A DNA stretch of 63,994 bases, the filler included, from Thelocarpon superellum (Eukaryota): NCBI GenBank assembly GCA_026025795.1. It is 4 parts of 4 records of this genome, joined end to end, with 100 filler letters (N's around TTAATTAATTAA, not from the genome) between each part and the next. Parts side by side here need not be neighbours in the genome. Positions count along the whole stretch, not along the records: positions 16,989 to 33,821 come from JAPEUG010000383.1; positions 33,922 to 50,670 come from JAPEUG010000384.1; 2 more parts are not named here. The stretch is one strand, 5' to 3'. A program made the translations under genes and the position numbers. The notes beneath the pieces were generated by a model. The model searched no databases, was not told the DNA's origin, and saw only the letters and a program-made list of their open reading frames with translations. Each line of letters opens with the position of its first letter. The stretch's first letter is position 1. Positions 25,265-36,900 of the stretch are shown one piece after another.

Positions 25265-25592
25265 TTAGAGGCGGTTCGAGTCAACGGAGGGTGGAGAGAA
25301 GGAGGGCGAGGAAGAGAATATGGTACTGTAACACTACATCTTATCTCATCTCATCTCATCTCACGCGGCAACTTTCACGGCTATTCCAAACACAGTCTTC
25401 CAAGTACGAGATACTAGGAAGGACAGAGCTTGAGCACAGCATATTACGGTAGTTCGAGTTCTGATACGCGAGAGAGGTTTTGTTTCGATCTCATTAGGTA
25501 GCCGCCCAGCCCTGAGACGAGAACAAAGTAGTCCAGAAGACGGGAGAAGACGGGAGAAGCCGGGAGAAGAGAGGAGAAAGGGAACAGTACTG

Positions 25593-25690
25593 CACCGCAC
25601 CACACCGCACCACACCGCACCACACCGCACCACACCGCACCACACCGCACCACACCGCACCACACCGCACCACACCGCACCACACCGCAC
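25593..25690. repeat. 10-bp minisatellite (CACACCGCAC)n, ~10 copies
   Basis: Perfect tandem array between the convergent TIM9 and AhpC/TSA-like genes. Confidence 0.97.
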
Positions 25691-25792
25691 GGAACTTACT
25701 CAACCACGTAGAGTAGGTAGGTACATTGAATGGTATACGCTGCACGGCAGGGCGGGGACACGGAAAGAAGAAGATCTCCATCTAGACTGCTC

Positions 25793-27040
25793 TCAGGCCG
25801 TCTCTACCACTTTTGGTCCTTCCTCTTCCACCTTTCGTACCGTCGGCAGCGTAGACTCCATCGTTGCTGGGACCGCCGGGCCTTCTACGTCTGCCGTCGC
25901 GCTCGCGTTCGCGTCGGGCGTCGTCTCGGGCTCGACCGTCTTGGCGGGGACAGCATGGCCGTTGGTAGCCTTTGAGCTCTCGGCGCGGCCAGTCGCGGAC
26001 TCTTCGACATTCCTCGAGGGCTCGGTGGTGGCGCCGTTCGCAACGGCCGCGCGCTTGCCCTCCTGCACGCTCGCCGAGCGCTGTAAGAATTTGGCGTCCA
26101 CCTTCCGGCCCCAGTCGCCGCTCATTCGGTTCATGACGCGGCCCATGACCAGACTTCGTCGCTTGTTGGTCACGGGAGTTGCTGCTGGCGTCGCCGCGGG
26201 GGCAGTCTCCGTTGCGCTGCTGGGCGCGGGCGTAGGCGTAGGGGCGGGAGCCGTGCTCGGGGTTGCGGTGTCGGCTTCCGCGGCCGCGGCCGGGTCCACA
26301 AAGCCCAGCACCTTGCGGATCTCAGGGATCTCGGCGTGGTCGCGCGTATTTCGCATGCGATGGCACCACACCACCTGCCCCTGGTCGAAGACAAACTCGC
26401 CACCAATCTGCCGGTAGTCGCCACCCTTGAGCGCGTACGTGCCCGCCTTGAGACTCTGCACGATGCCGCCAATCATGCCTTGGATGGTAGACTGGCGGAT
26501 GTAGTTGGGCTTCTTCTGGCCAGGCTTGAGCGTGGTCGTCATGCCAAAGATCTCGTAGAGCTTGCGGGTCGGGTCTGCGTAGATTGGAAAGGGAGATCTG
26601 GTCTCGCGCGCATACATGGGAATGAGCTCCGGACGACCGCAGCCGACGACGACGATGGATGCCGGGGTGGGCAAGGCGCCGAGGGACTCCGGCGTGATCT
26701 CATCCGTGAGCGTTCGCAGGAACTCTTGACACATGCCGCAGAAGAAGTGCCGGATGAAGACCACCAGCACGCGCGAGGCCACGTCCGGGCCGTTATAGAG
26801 CGACTTGAAGGGATGGGAGTTGCCCTCGGCATCCAGCACGATCAGGTCCTCGGCCTTGCCCACATCGGCGGCGGCGGGCAGGGCCGTGCTCACGGCAACG
26901 TCGCCTTGGAAGTCAGCGGCCGGGTCGGAACCCGAGGGAGGCGTGCCAGCATCGGTGGGCGCGGGCGCTGGCTCGGCGACGACGACTGTTTCCGTGGGCT
27001 TCGACAGCGTGCCTTTTGTGGGCTTGGCAGCGACGGCCAT
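25793..27040 (-). CDS. AhpC/TSA-like (AAED1/PRXL2-type) thioredoxin-fold protein with long Ala/Pro/Thr-rich extensions
   Basis: VLVVFIRHFFCGMCQEF (CxxC), IVVVGCG, FPIYADPTRKLYEIFGM, GGDYRQIGGEFVFD...VVWCHRMRNTRDHAEIPEI. The start is taken at MAVAAKP (ATG 27040). Confidence 0.85.
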   Translation of the reverse strand: MAVAAKPTKGTLSKPTETVVVAEPAPAPTDAGTPPSGSDPAADFQGDVAVSTALPAAADVGKAEDLIVLDAEGNSHPFKSLYNGPDVASRVLVVFIRHFFCGMCQEFLRTLTDEITPESLGALPTPASIVVVGCGRPELIPMYARETRSPFPIYADPTRKLYEIFGMTTTLKPGQKKPNYIRQSTIQGMIGGIVQSLKAGTYALKGGDYRQIGGEFVFDQGQVVWCHRMRNTRDHAEIPEIRKVLGFVDPAAAAEADTATPSTAPAPTPTPAPSSATETAPAATPAATPVTNKRRSLVMGRVMNRMSGDWGRKVDAKFLQRSASVQEGKRAAVANGATTEPSRNVEESATGRAESSKATNGHAVPAKTVEPETTPDANASATADVEGPAVPATMESTLPTVRKVEEEGPKVVETA

Positions 27041-28259
27041 GGCGGGACGAGCTGAAGAGGAAGTCGTGCCGGGTGATGGAGCTTTCCTTCTGACGTGATG
27101 GAGGTGCCCGTGGTCGATGCGAGAGGTGGGACGTAGGTGGGACACGGAGAAGGAGGGGACAGGACAGGACAGTTGAGGGATCGTAATCACCGTCGAAGAA
27201 GCAAGCGGGCAGCGTGGACGGGCACGAGCAAGGAGAGATAAGTCAATAACTCTCTGCTCGAAAAACCACCCACCACCTACCACTTTCCCACAGCCTGGGC
27301 CGAGGGGTGGACGGGGAATTTGGTGTTGGGCACACTACGCCATCGGGCGCGCCAGCTGACCAGAACGGTAAGGGCATGCTCCGAACGGGACATGAGATTG
27401 GCTACGCTATGCCTGTCTGGGTCACCGCACGCCGGCGGCTTGCTTCTTTCTGTCCACAGCACCATGTGTGCCGTGAGCCAGCCGACGAATCACCGTGGAC
27501 CATGCGCCCGCGCTGTCGAGACGAGCCTCGCTAAGGCTCTTAGGGGCCGCTAACGACGCATGCAGGCCGCGCCAGACACGCCAGCCTCTCCGATGGGTCC
27601 GAGTCGCGTGGACGCGAGGGCGAGGCGAGCGAGCGAGGCGGATGGGGAGGACTGCTGCAAGACTAGCTGCAGCAGAATTCCCGTCGGCATTGTTCCTGCC
27701 CGTCTGCCGTGCTCCGCCCATGGGTCCCCCACCTCTACTGGCACAAATGTCTCTTCTCGTCTCGCTCTCGCTACCGGGTGCAAGACAGAGATACTTGGAG
27801 CGCTCCACAGTCAATTTGGGTGCATGCATTCTCGACGACGGTAGTGACAGACGTCTGGAGTGGGTACAGCTCCACGCATCCGTGATCACCCTGCTCGGCC
27901 TCGTGCCCCCACCTCGACCCCACCAAAGCACGCACACCTTCGCTTGCTCCACCGAGTCTCCCTCTCCACCTGCCTGCGCTCTCTCGAGGCGGAGCTCGTG
28001 GCAAGTTCGATCCTTCGCATCAGCGATACTTCATGCCCGCGTTGGACGTGCAGTTGCCGCCGCCGTGCGGTCAGCCTAGGTCAGAATCACTATGATCGTC
28101 GGGCCGAGACGCGCGGGGCTTCGACCATCGGTCCGGACACCACCGGCAGGCCTGAACGACGCGGGGGCGGGCGCGGAGACGCGACACGGGTCACGCCACG
28201 AGAGAGTCCGATCAGAAGGTAACGGCATCGTCGTGTGCCGAAGAGACCGCGTCGTCGCC

Positions 28260-31200
28260 TCAGTCGTAGTTCCCCAACCCGACCTGGCTCGCAAAGGCCG
28301 TCGACACGCTGCGCACATCGTCGTCGTCAAAGGTTGCGTGCGGCCCGCCCCGCCCCACCCGACTGGCCGAGCTGCCGCCAAAGACGCTGCCGCCGTCGTG
28401 GCCGGTCTTGTAATCGCCTGCGCGCCCGCCCGACTCGACATATCGTTTGAGTCGATCGGACTGGTTCAGGCTGGCTTGCTTGCCGACGTCGTTCAGCCGC
28501 ACGCCGCCGCCCTGGCCCCCCATGCGGTCCCCGCCGCTTGTCACGTCGGTGAGCTCACTGGCCACGACGGAGTCGCCGGCCACGCTCTCGGGCGCGCCGC
28601 CGTGGCCGCGATGGCGCGGGCCCACGCCATTGCGGCCGGCACCGGAGGCGTGGGGCGGCCACGAGTCGAGCGAGAAGCCGGAGAACATGGGCGGAAAGGC
28701 GGCGGGCACGCTGACGCCGCCTAGGGCGGACGAGTGGACCGACGACACGTCGTCGGGGATGTAGCCCACGATCGAACCCGCGTCGGTGTAGTCGGTCCGT
28801 GCCGGCTTACCGCCGGCGCCGTTGCGCCCGGGGCCGGGCATGGCACCCGACCCGCCGGGGCCCGACGCCGCAGGGTGGGCCATCTGGTAGCGTTGCGGGC
28901 CGCGGTAGGTCTGCTTCGGCCGGCTAAACTGGAGCAGCGACACCTGGAGATTCGACAGCGGGCCCTCGACCAGGCAGTTGCGCTCCTTGAAGTGCAGGAG
29001 CAGGTAGTGCCAGAGCGGATGCTTGGACAGCACCTTGGGATTGCCCAGAATCACCAGCCCGTACTTGGCCCGGGTGAGGGCGACGTTGAGGCGGCGCGGG
29101 TCGCTGAGGAAGCCGATGCCCTGATGGTCGTTGGAGCGCACGCACGACAGCACGATGAAGTCCTTCTCGCGGCCCTGGAAGGCGTCGACCGAGGCCACCT
29201 CGATCTCCTTGTAGTTCTCCTTCTTGAAGGTGCCGTTCTGCTGCATCGAGCTCACGACGTAGCTGCGCTGGCCCTCGTAGGGCGTGATGATCCCAATGTC
29301 CGCCGGCTGCACCCCGGCCTTGAAGAAGCGCGTGATGATCTTCTCGACGTTGGTGGCCTCGGTGCGGTTGAGGTAGGAGGTGCCCGACGCGGCAATCTCC
29401 TCGTTGCCCAGGTTGGACCAGAACATCATGGGCGCGTCGACCACGGGCCAGGGGAAGTCGACGTCGCGCCGCAGGCGCTGCTGCATCGTCACCCCGTTCT
29501 GCAGCGAGCCCTCGTAGAACATGTTGGAGGGGAACTCGGACAGGCACGGGTGCATGCGGTACTGCACGTTGAGCCGGATCGGGGCGCAGCCGAGGATGAC
29601 GAGCCGCTCGAAGAGCGACTGATTCAGCCCCGCCTTGGCCGCGTTCTTGTTCATGATGACCGGGCCCAGCTGCTGGTGGTCGCCCACCAGCACGATCTGC
29701 TTGCAGCCGAGCACGAGGGGGATCATGCACTCGGGCTCGGCCGACTGCGTCGACTCGTCGATGAGCACCGTGCGGAACTTGAACTTGGCCAGGCGCGGGT
29801 CGCCGGCGCCGACGCAGGTGCAGCAGATGACGTCGGCGTGGGTCAGGATCTCGCGCTCGGCCGTGCGGGTCAGCTGCTTGAACTTCTTCTCGTCCTGGCT
29901 CGACAGCTCGCCCAGCTCGTTCTTGAGCTGGCCGAGCTTGGCCAGCTCGACGTTGCCGTCGTTCATGCGCACCTGCTGATGCAGCGACAGGAAGGCCACG
30001 GGCGACTCCACGTCCTCGCGCGACTTGGCCGTCAGCCGCACCGTCTTGAGCCCGGTGCGGTTAATGCGCTCGCAGAGCTGGTCGACGGCCACGTTGGAGG
30101 GCGCGCACACGAGGATCTGCCCGCCGTTGAGCTTGGCCAGGTGATAGATGATGGTGGCCGACGTGACCGTCTTGCCCGTGCCGGGCGGGCCCTGGATCAG
30201 GCTCAGCGGCTTCTGCAGCACGCTCTTGACCGCGCTGATCTGGCTGCCGTTGAGCTCGGGCAGGCCGGGCACGCTGTACTTGCGCGGCATCTGCGTCTTC
30301 ATGGGTGCCGCGGCGACCTCGTGCCCGAGCAGGCGGTGGAAGATGTAGCCCGACACGCTCATCTCGTCGACGGCAAAGGTCTTCATGGCCAGCTGCATGC
30401 GGTCGAAGGAGGTGGCCTTCCACACGTAGTCGGCGCAGAAGTTGTGCGTGCACTCCGTCGGCACGGACTTGTCGTTGCCCTGCCGGCGCAGCTCGATCGT
30501 CACCTCGTCCGACTGGTTGTTGGGGATCTTGATGACGTAGCCCACGCCCTCCCAGTGCGGCCGCAGCTCGCCGACGTAGCGCAGGCGCATCTCATCTCCC
30601 ACGGCGAGCTTGACGTCGCCCAGCTCGAGCTTGGGTAGGACGAAGCTGGCCAGGTGCTTGTTGTTCAGGCCAAAGTCCCAGCGCACAATCAGCCCGTCCT
30701 GCGACTGCGACTCCTTGAGCTTGCGGTCGTGGTCGGCCTCGATCTTGACCAGCGGGCCGAAGACGTTCTGGTACTGGTAGGCGTCATCATAGCACAGCAG
30801 CACCGGCGCCGGCTCGTCGTCCACGCCGCCGCCCTTCTCCAGGTCGGCGATGGTGGCCTGGGCGTTGTCCTTCCACAGCTCCTCCAGCTTGGCGATCATC
30901 TGCGGGTTCAGGTGGCGCGCACGCAGCTGCTCGGCATCGCTCGGCGCGGCCACCAGCCAGGGCAGGAAGGAGCGGTCCTCGATCAGGGGCTGCCAGCGCG
31001 ACGTATCCCAGTTCATGTCCTTGGACGACGGCATGGACGCGCACGGCTGCCGGCACAGCAGCACGACGACGGTGTCGGACTTGGCCGGGATGAAGCCCAG
31101 CAAGAAGACGTTCTTGGTGCCGCAGTTGTAGCACTCGAGTACGGTATCGCCGAGCGACGAGGCTGCATGCAGCTGCACCTCCTTGTGCCGGGCGCGCACC

Positions 31201-31622
31201 AGGTGGTTGATGATGTGGGAGGACGAGGTGTTGCCGCGGGCGCTGCAGAACCATTTGCTGCATGCCAGACATTTGACGACGCTGCTCGGGGCGTGGATGC
31301 CACAGTAGGCGCATGCGTGGGCCGGCAACTCCTTCTCCTCCTCCACCCTCTCGCCCCGGCCCGCCCGGCCGCCTGAGCGTGGGTCCGTCACGGGCACGCT
31401 CGCTAGACTCTCGGTGTCATCGTCCTCGAAATTCTCCGTCGCATCATCGTCGTCGTCATCGTGCCGTCGGCGCTGCGGCCCGACGCGTAGGCTGGGCCGT
31501 CCATATTCGCCATCAAGAAGGTTCTCGTCGGCATCGATGGTGGAAAGGTCGTCTTCGGCGTTAATCGTTGGGCCCGAGTCGGAGATCAAATGATTACCCA
31601 GGTGAGTGAAGGCGCCTTCCAT
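28260..31622 (-). CDS. UPF1: Nonsense-mediated decay RNA helicase Upf1/Nam7, single exon, 1120 aa
   Basis: CH zinc domain (HACAYCGIH...CLACSKWFC...[10 protein letters not shown]...ECYNCG), Walker [44 protein letters not shown]. Confidence 0.98.
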   Translation of the reverse strand: MEGAFTHLGNHLISDSGPTINAEDDLSTIDADENLLDGEYGRPSLRVGPQRRRHDDDDDDATENFEDDDTESLASVPVTDPRSGGRAGRGERVEEEKELPAHACAYCGIHAPSSVVKCLACSKWFCSARGNTSSSHIINHLVRARHKEVQLHAASSLGDTVLECYNCGTKNVFLLGFIPAKSDTVVVLLCRQPCASMPSSKDMNWDTSRWQPLIEDRSFLPWLVAAPSDAEQLRARHLNPQMIAKLEELWKDNAQATIADLEKGGGVDDEPAPVLLCYDDAYQYQNVFGPLVKIEADHDRKLKESQSQDGLIVRWDFGLNNKHLASFVLPKLELGDVKLAVGDEMRLRYVGELRPHWEGVGYVIKIPNNQSDEVTIELRRQGNDKSVPTECTHNFCADYVWKATSFDRMQLAMKTFAVDEMSVSGYIFHRLLGHEVAAAPMKTQMPRKYSVPGLPELNGSQISAVKSVLQKPLSLIQGPPGTGKTVTSATIIYHLAKLNGGQILVCAPSNVAVDQLCERINRTGLKTVRLTAKSREDVESPVAFLSLHQQVRMNDGNVELAKLGQLKNELGELSSQDEKKFKQLTRTAEREILTHADVICCTCVGAGDPRLAKFKFRTVLIDESTQSAEPECMIPLVLGCKQIVLVGDHQQLGPVIMNKNAAKAGLNQSLFERLVILGCAPIRLNVQYRMHPCLSEFPSNMFYEGSLQNGVTMQQRLRRDVDFPWPVVDAPMMFWSNLGNEEIAASGTSYLNRTEATNVEKIITRFFKAGVQPADIGIITPYEGQRSYVVSSMQQNGTFKKENYKEIEVASVDAFQGREKDFIVLSCVRSNDHQGIGFLSDPRRLNVALTRAKYGLVILGNPKVLSKHPLWHYLLLHFKERNCLVEGPLSNLQVSLLQFSRPKQTYRGPQRYQMAHPAASGPGGSGAMPGPGRNGAGGKPARTDYTDAGSIVGYIPDDVSSVHSSALGGVSVPAAFPPMFSGFSLDSWPPHASGAGRNGVGPRHRGHGGAPESVAGDSVVASELTDVTSGGDRMGGQGGGVRLNDVGKQASLNQSDRLKRYVESGGRAGDYKTGHDGGSVFGGSSASRVGRGGPHATFDDDDVRSVSTAFASQVGLGNYD

Positions 31623-32692
31623 GATGGCAAGCTCCGATCACGTCTCGGCCCTGGTCCCGCGGGGTGCTTGCCAGGTGCGGGCGGAAGAGGATTGTTGGTG
31701 GGGCAAAGCCGGCGGACTGCTACCTCGCTCCCGGGTCCGCCACACCAAGCGACGAGCACGGCGTCAGCACGATCGGAGGCGCCAGACCAGGACACGCCGT
31801 TCCCGAAAGCCGGGAATGAAGATGGAAGGGGATGGGACCGATCTGTCTTCGGCTCAGCTCGGAGCTGACGGGTCAGTGGGGGGCAGATCAGTGTGCGGTT
31901 CGACGTGTAAAATAGCCGACGCCAGATCAGCAGCAGGTACCGCAGTGCGTCGCAGTAGAGGCACGGACTAGCGACGACTTGCTGTTCAGCACCCACGGAG
32001 GCATAAGTCGAATGGCCCAAATCCTCCCGACGGGGTTGATTAGTCAGCAACTGCTGAAGAAGGCGCTGCGAAGGCGGCGTGACTCGACATTCCCACCGAC
32101 ACGATGATAAAGTCCCCCTGATCCGTCGTCATTTTTCTTCGACAGCGGTGCACGACATGGGTGAGAAATCCTTGGCTCAATGATCACGGGTCCCTAAAAT
32201 GTCTTGCGGCCACGTGACTAGTGCGCCAATTCGAACCCCAACCCTCGCTGCTAGAGAGCAGAGCGAGTACGAAGCTGCTGTGGTTTGGCCTAGGTGACAC
32301 TGTCAAGTCGCGTGGGCGCGCGTAGGCGGCTTGCCTACGTCCCTCTACGTTTCTACGCTGTTGAGGCCGCAAGGTCTGCTTGTTTCTCGCTAACATAAGT
32401 AGTGAAGCCAAGCTTTGAGTACGACCCTTCCTGGTCACGTGCGTGTGCGTACACAAGGGCGACATACGCATACGCATGCGTCACCGGAAACTGTCATGCA
32501 GCTGATTTGCATGAGAAGGGAGCGTTCCATACCAACTATGCTTTGAACATGACAACTCAAGTGTCAATAATTATAGACCCTTCAGAGTTCTCTTGTTTTA
32601 GATACTCTCTTCAGACGGCCTCCCTCCATGCTATAAAAGAGACCCATATCCATCGGGTGATTGATAAGTCATCTACAAGCCAAGCCGCCAAA

Positions 32693-33125
32693 ATGTACGT
32701 CTCCTCTCTTGCAAAGGCTATTGCCATCTATGCCAGTCTTGCTACAAGTTCTCCAGCGCTGCATCGTAAGTACTTGTATCACTTGTTTATTTCCTCATCT
32801 CTCCAATGATATGTGACCAATCTTTTCTACAGGACGCTCATGCCCTGCTGGATTTTGGCAAGGCGACTACAGTTTCACTCTCAACGGTACTTCGCCAGAC
32901 GGCGTTTACACGAGGTACCATTTCATCAAAGGCTCCTGGGCATTTCCCGAAGGCAATTCTTTCTGCGACACCGTGAGATGTGCTTTCAAATCCAATGATG
33001 CTTTGACGGTCAATTGGCAGTGCTGGCAAGCGGTGGATGGAAAGTACAGTTTTGATACGAGCGAGGCCGCTGGTCCAGCTGGAAAAAGCGTGGTTCACCA
33101 TGTCATGAGCGAACTCGGGGTGTGA
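32693..33125 (+). CDS. Small secreted Cys-containing protein, 121 aa (2 exons), function unknown
   Basis: Exon 32693-32765 plus exon 32833-33125 across a GTAAGT...CTACAG intron gives MYVSSLAKAIAIYASLATSSPALHRRSCPAGFWQGDYSFTLNGTSPDGVYTRYHFIKGSWAFPEGNSFCDTVRCAFKSNDALTVNWQCWQAVDGKYSFDTSEAAGPAGKSVVHHVMSELGV*. It has a good Kozak context (CAAAATG), a signal-peptide-like N-terminus and an RR site. Confidence 0.68.
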
Positions 33126-33440
33126 TTGAGAAGGGCTCTGGACTGCTTCAGTTGACAACATTGATAGCCTCGGAGAAAGACCGATCCGCTCCATGGCCTC
33201 GCCGTACGCCTTGTTCGGTGCACCTCCTCCTTCTGGACGCCTTCTGAGGGTTGTCTTGACATCTGTGATACTCACCTTGTCCTCTAGCGATTCTAGGTGG
33301 AGCTGGGCGAGAAGAAATGCACGGAGAATTGGGGAAAGTGAGAGAAAAGCGTTGGATGTAACATAGCGGTCCTGAAAGGTTTCACGTACATGCCATCGAC
33401 AGCTTTGATGATTTCGTCCTTGTGATTCCTTGCTGCTGCC
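33090..33440 (-). pseudogene. Relic of a fungal NACHT/ankyrin NLR-like gene (post-NACHT helical region)
   Basis: KDEIIKAVDGM followed by an intron-like GTACGT segment, then FLLAQLHLESLEDKVSITDVKTTLRRRPEGGGAPNKAYGEAMERI. This resembles the AVDGMFLLAQLHLxSL...AYxxAMERI motif of fungal NACHT proteins. The acceptor looks degenerate and no NACHT P-loop is in frame. Confidence 0.6.
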
Positions 33441-33469
33441 CGAGATGCTCGGCGGATCTGCCATGGTAT

Positions 33470-33605
33470 TGACGCACCCCGGTTATTCCACTGGAGATGG
33501 GTGGTCTATTCTACAGAAGCTTTCTGTCGTTCTAATATACAGCTATTGTGGGTCACATGAAGCAGCTTACTCAGAAGCCTCGAGCTCCCGTATGGAGCCT
33601 CCACA
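33470..33605 (-). mobile_element. Solo-LTR-like element, copy 1 (136 bp)
   Basis: TG...CA termini flanked by GTAT (33466-33469) and GTAT (33606-33609). Near-identical to 50920-51055 and to the reverse complement of 63722-63858. Strand is inferred from TATA-like and polyA-like motifs. Confidence 0.85.
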
Positions 33606-33821
33606 GTATACTACCGACTAAGACGGGGCCGCCTATATTTCCGAGGCGGCGCTGCCACCCAGAAAAAAGCGTGCAGGAACTCCGCCGTCAGGACGCCACG
33701 GACCTTAGGCGACCATTGCCAGGCCCCTGCGTGTACGCCCCCGCAGGTGCACCGATTTCTCCCAGCACACGAGTCCATCGAAATGCTCGTTCAACCCATC
33801 ATCAACGCAGAGCCGTCATTC

Positions 33822-33921
33822 NNNNNNNNNNNNNNNNNNNNNNNNNNNNNNNNNNNNNNNNNNNNTTAATTAATTAANNNNNNNNNNNNNNNNNNNNNNN
33901 NNNNNNNNNNNNNNNNNNNNN
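33822..33921. other. Artificial contig spacer
   Basis: 44N-TTAATTAATTAA-44N. Confidence 0.98.
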
Positions 33922-36900
33922 TGCGGCGCCGACGCTGGCGCCGGTGGGGCTTGGAGCGGCGGAGGCTGCCGATGGTGCGCCGTGCTCGTCGACTGATGCC
34001 GCGAATGTGGGTGCGACGGCGGGACGGCCTGAGATCCATGTCCGTGCGACGGTGGAGGTGCCGCCTCGGGTCCCGGTCCGGGCCCATATGCGTGTCGCGG
34101 GGCCATCGCCGCCGGGTGCGGGGGCGAGTGCTGTACCTGGTGTTGGTGCGCGTGGGGATGCGGTTGCTGGTGCTGGTGCGAATGCTGATGCGACGGCGGC
34201 GCCGGTGGCGGATGAGCGGATTGGTGCTGCGACGGATGGGGCGCATGTGACTGCATCGGCGTCGTCCGTTCCCCGTACGATGGCACGCGCGAATGCCCAA
34301 ACGACGGCGACGACGACGACGCGGCGTGCATGGACGAGTACGACGACCGACTGTGGTGACCATATGGCGACGGAGGTGGTGGTGACTGTACCTGGGTGGG
34401 GTAGGACCGCGACGGCCACCCGGATCCCCCGGGACTGATGCCGCCGGAGCCGTTGTTCATCATCTCTTGCACCGCTCGCGGCGGCGCCTGACTCGGCCTG
34501 CCGTACAGTTCGCCCGACGTGGATCGCTGGTAGGACGCGTGCGAGCCGTGCGTCTCCATCGCCGGCTCCCGCCGTGGCCCGGGGTGCACCGGCTGCGGAG
34601 CTTGCGCTTGGTACCCCGGCGGTGCCTGCGACGACGGCGACACCGTAGACAAGGACGACACACGCGGTCGCTTGCGTGCACGAGGCTCATCCGGCTCATT
34701 GCTGTTGAGGAGATCCATGATGTTGGACGTCTTCCGCTCCGCCGGTCGGCTGGCCGCCGGGGTGGGCATCGTTGAGCTCGAGGATGGGTGTCCGTTCTTC
34801 GATCGATCACCACTGGGCGACAGCGCCGGCGATCCAGATCCCGCATAGGTACTGTAGGCGTAGCTCTCCGCGGCGCGCGGGACCGACAGATGCAGTTGTG
34901 GCTGACCCGACCCGTGACCCGACCGGACCGCGGCATGATGTGACCCGGGCGCCTCGTGCCGATGCTCTACCTGCATCGGGACCGTCCCGGCCCGATGCTG
35001 CGAAGTCGAGGGCGGGTGCCGTGAGGATGAGCTTTGGTAGGAAAGGTGCGAGTGAAGACTGGCCGTGCTCGGAGTGTTTGGCTGAGGTGGAGGCTGCGAT
35101 GATCCGGCGGTGGACGATGGTCGGGCCGAAGCCGGGGCGGCCGCCGCCAGCGCCTTCGTTGGTGGTGCGACGGCCGGGGCCATCGTCGGGGCGTCGTACT
35201 GTGGCTGCTGCTGCTGCATCTCCTGCCGGTATTGCAGATCCTGAGCCACCCGCTTTGACGCTTGTAGCAACTCCACGTCGGCGCGCGTATCTTGAAACCA
35301 GCCCGACCGAGGCCCTTGCGCGAGCGACGAGGCCCGCGGAGGATCCACGTGAGACTGCGACGCCCGCGCCGGCATGCTGGTTGGGCGCAGCGGCGATGCC
35401 ACCGCTTGCGACGTGCCAGCCTGCGCGAGCGGGGCATAGCGTGCAGGCTGAGTGGGCTGCCGCGGCGACGAATGCACCGACCGTGGCGCCGGAACCTGCG
35501 GGGACATCTCCCGCACATCCGCCGTGTCCACCCGGGGCGCCAAAGGCGGCTGCGATACCACCGAAGGCGGATCGTACCGTCGCTTGGGCAGCGCGCTCGG
35601 CGTCGGCGGCGGGCCCATCGGCTCTCCGCGAATCCGCTTCGCGTCCGCGAGCTCCGCCCGCTCCTTCCACTCCGGCTTGGCAGCCTCGACCTCGCGTTTG
35701 AAGAAGTTCTTGACCTACACAGCGTCAGTAAGCGCCCCTGCTACGCCGCCGCAACATGGTCTTGAAGACGGGGGCTGGGGAGACGTACCATCACACTCGT
35801 CTTGGACGTCATGTGTGACGCAATGGCTTGCCAGTCCGTGCCAAAGTGGTCGAGGAGTTTCGGGAACTCGGTGCATTCCGGCACCGACCAGTAACTCGAC
35901 GTCTGGGTGGCGCCACGCGTGCCACCCCGCGTCGTCTTGGTGCCGTCGCGCGGCGGGGTTCCGGAGGCCGACGGCGCCCGGCCAAGGCGGTCGTCGGTGA
36001 CGGTCAGGAGCCGCTCGATGGAGGTCGAGCGGCCCTGCATACTCGTGAGGAGCTGCGCGTCCTCGAGGTCACGAGTCCGCTGGTCGTCCTCGTCCTTGAC
36101 CTCGCGCTCCTTCCCCCCCTCGCGCTCCTTGCCCCGCTCGCCCTTCTGCGGCGAGGGCCCGGGCGCCGCCGCCAAGAGCGGGTTCCGCCCTCGCTTCGCA
36201 CCCTTCTCCCGGGTGCCGACCGTCTTCCCGCGCTTCCCCCCTCGCTCAGCGGCGGCCTCCGCTCCCGCATCCATACGTGCGAGGCCAGGCGGCTTGCGGC
36301 CGCTCGTCGCGGCTCCGGCGCCGGGGTCCGCGTCGTTGGCCACCTCGCCAAAGATGGGCGCCGCCGCGCGTCGCGGTCGTCCACTGTCGGTGACAGCGGC
36401 GGCCGGCGCGTCGAACTCCTCGCCGTCGTACAGCTCCGGTCGGACGCCGAGGTCGGACATGAGCGCGTTCGACTTGGGCCGCGCGGCGTTGGGCCCGGCG
36501 CGCCGCCCCTTCTTGGTTCGACGCTTGTTGAGCTTCTGCTTGTACTTGGCTTCGCCCTTAGTCTGGTAGTAGTGCTCGATGCAGTCCTTGTAATCGCGGT
36601 CCGGTAAGGCCTCGGCGATCTTGCCCCACTTCTTCGGGTAGAGGAGGAAGTTCTCGGTGAACAGCTTCTGCTCCTCGGCCGTGAAGGTGTCCGGCGGCGG
36701 CACGAAGCGGAAGATGGCCAGGGCGTACTCCGGGTCCATCAGCTGGTTGGTGTCTTGAAAGATGGTGCGATCGCGCTGCACGCCGTCGAGCATCTCCGGG
36801 ATGATGGCCTCCTTCTCCGTATCCACCTTGGCCTTGGCTTCGCGCTCGGCCTTGAGCCGTGCCTCGTGCGCCTCTTTGGCCTCCAACTCGCTCTCCTTGA

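Noticed and set aside
25593..25690. CRISPR-like array
   Set aside because: A direct tandem repeat with no spacers, in a eukaryotic context with no cas genes.
28734..30638. 634-aa ORF antisense to UPF1, and similar long antisense or alternative-frame ORFs over STE20, RhoGAP and SNT1
   Set aside because: Shadow ORFs caused by high GC3 codon bias in the real genes; they show no recognisable domains.
33470..33605. Dispersed ~136-bp repeat as a 5S rRNA or tRNA gene
   Set aside because: No match to 5S or tRNA conserved boxes. The TG..CA ends and target duplications fit a mobile element.
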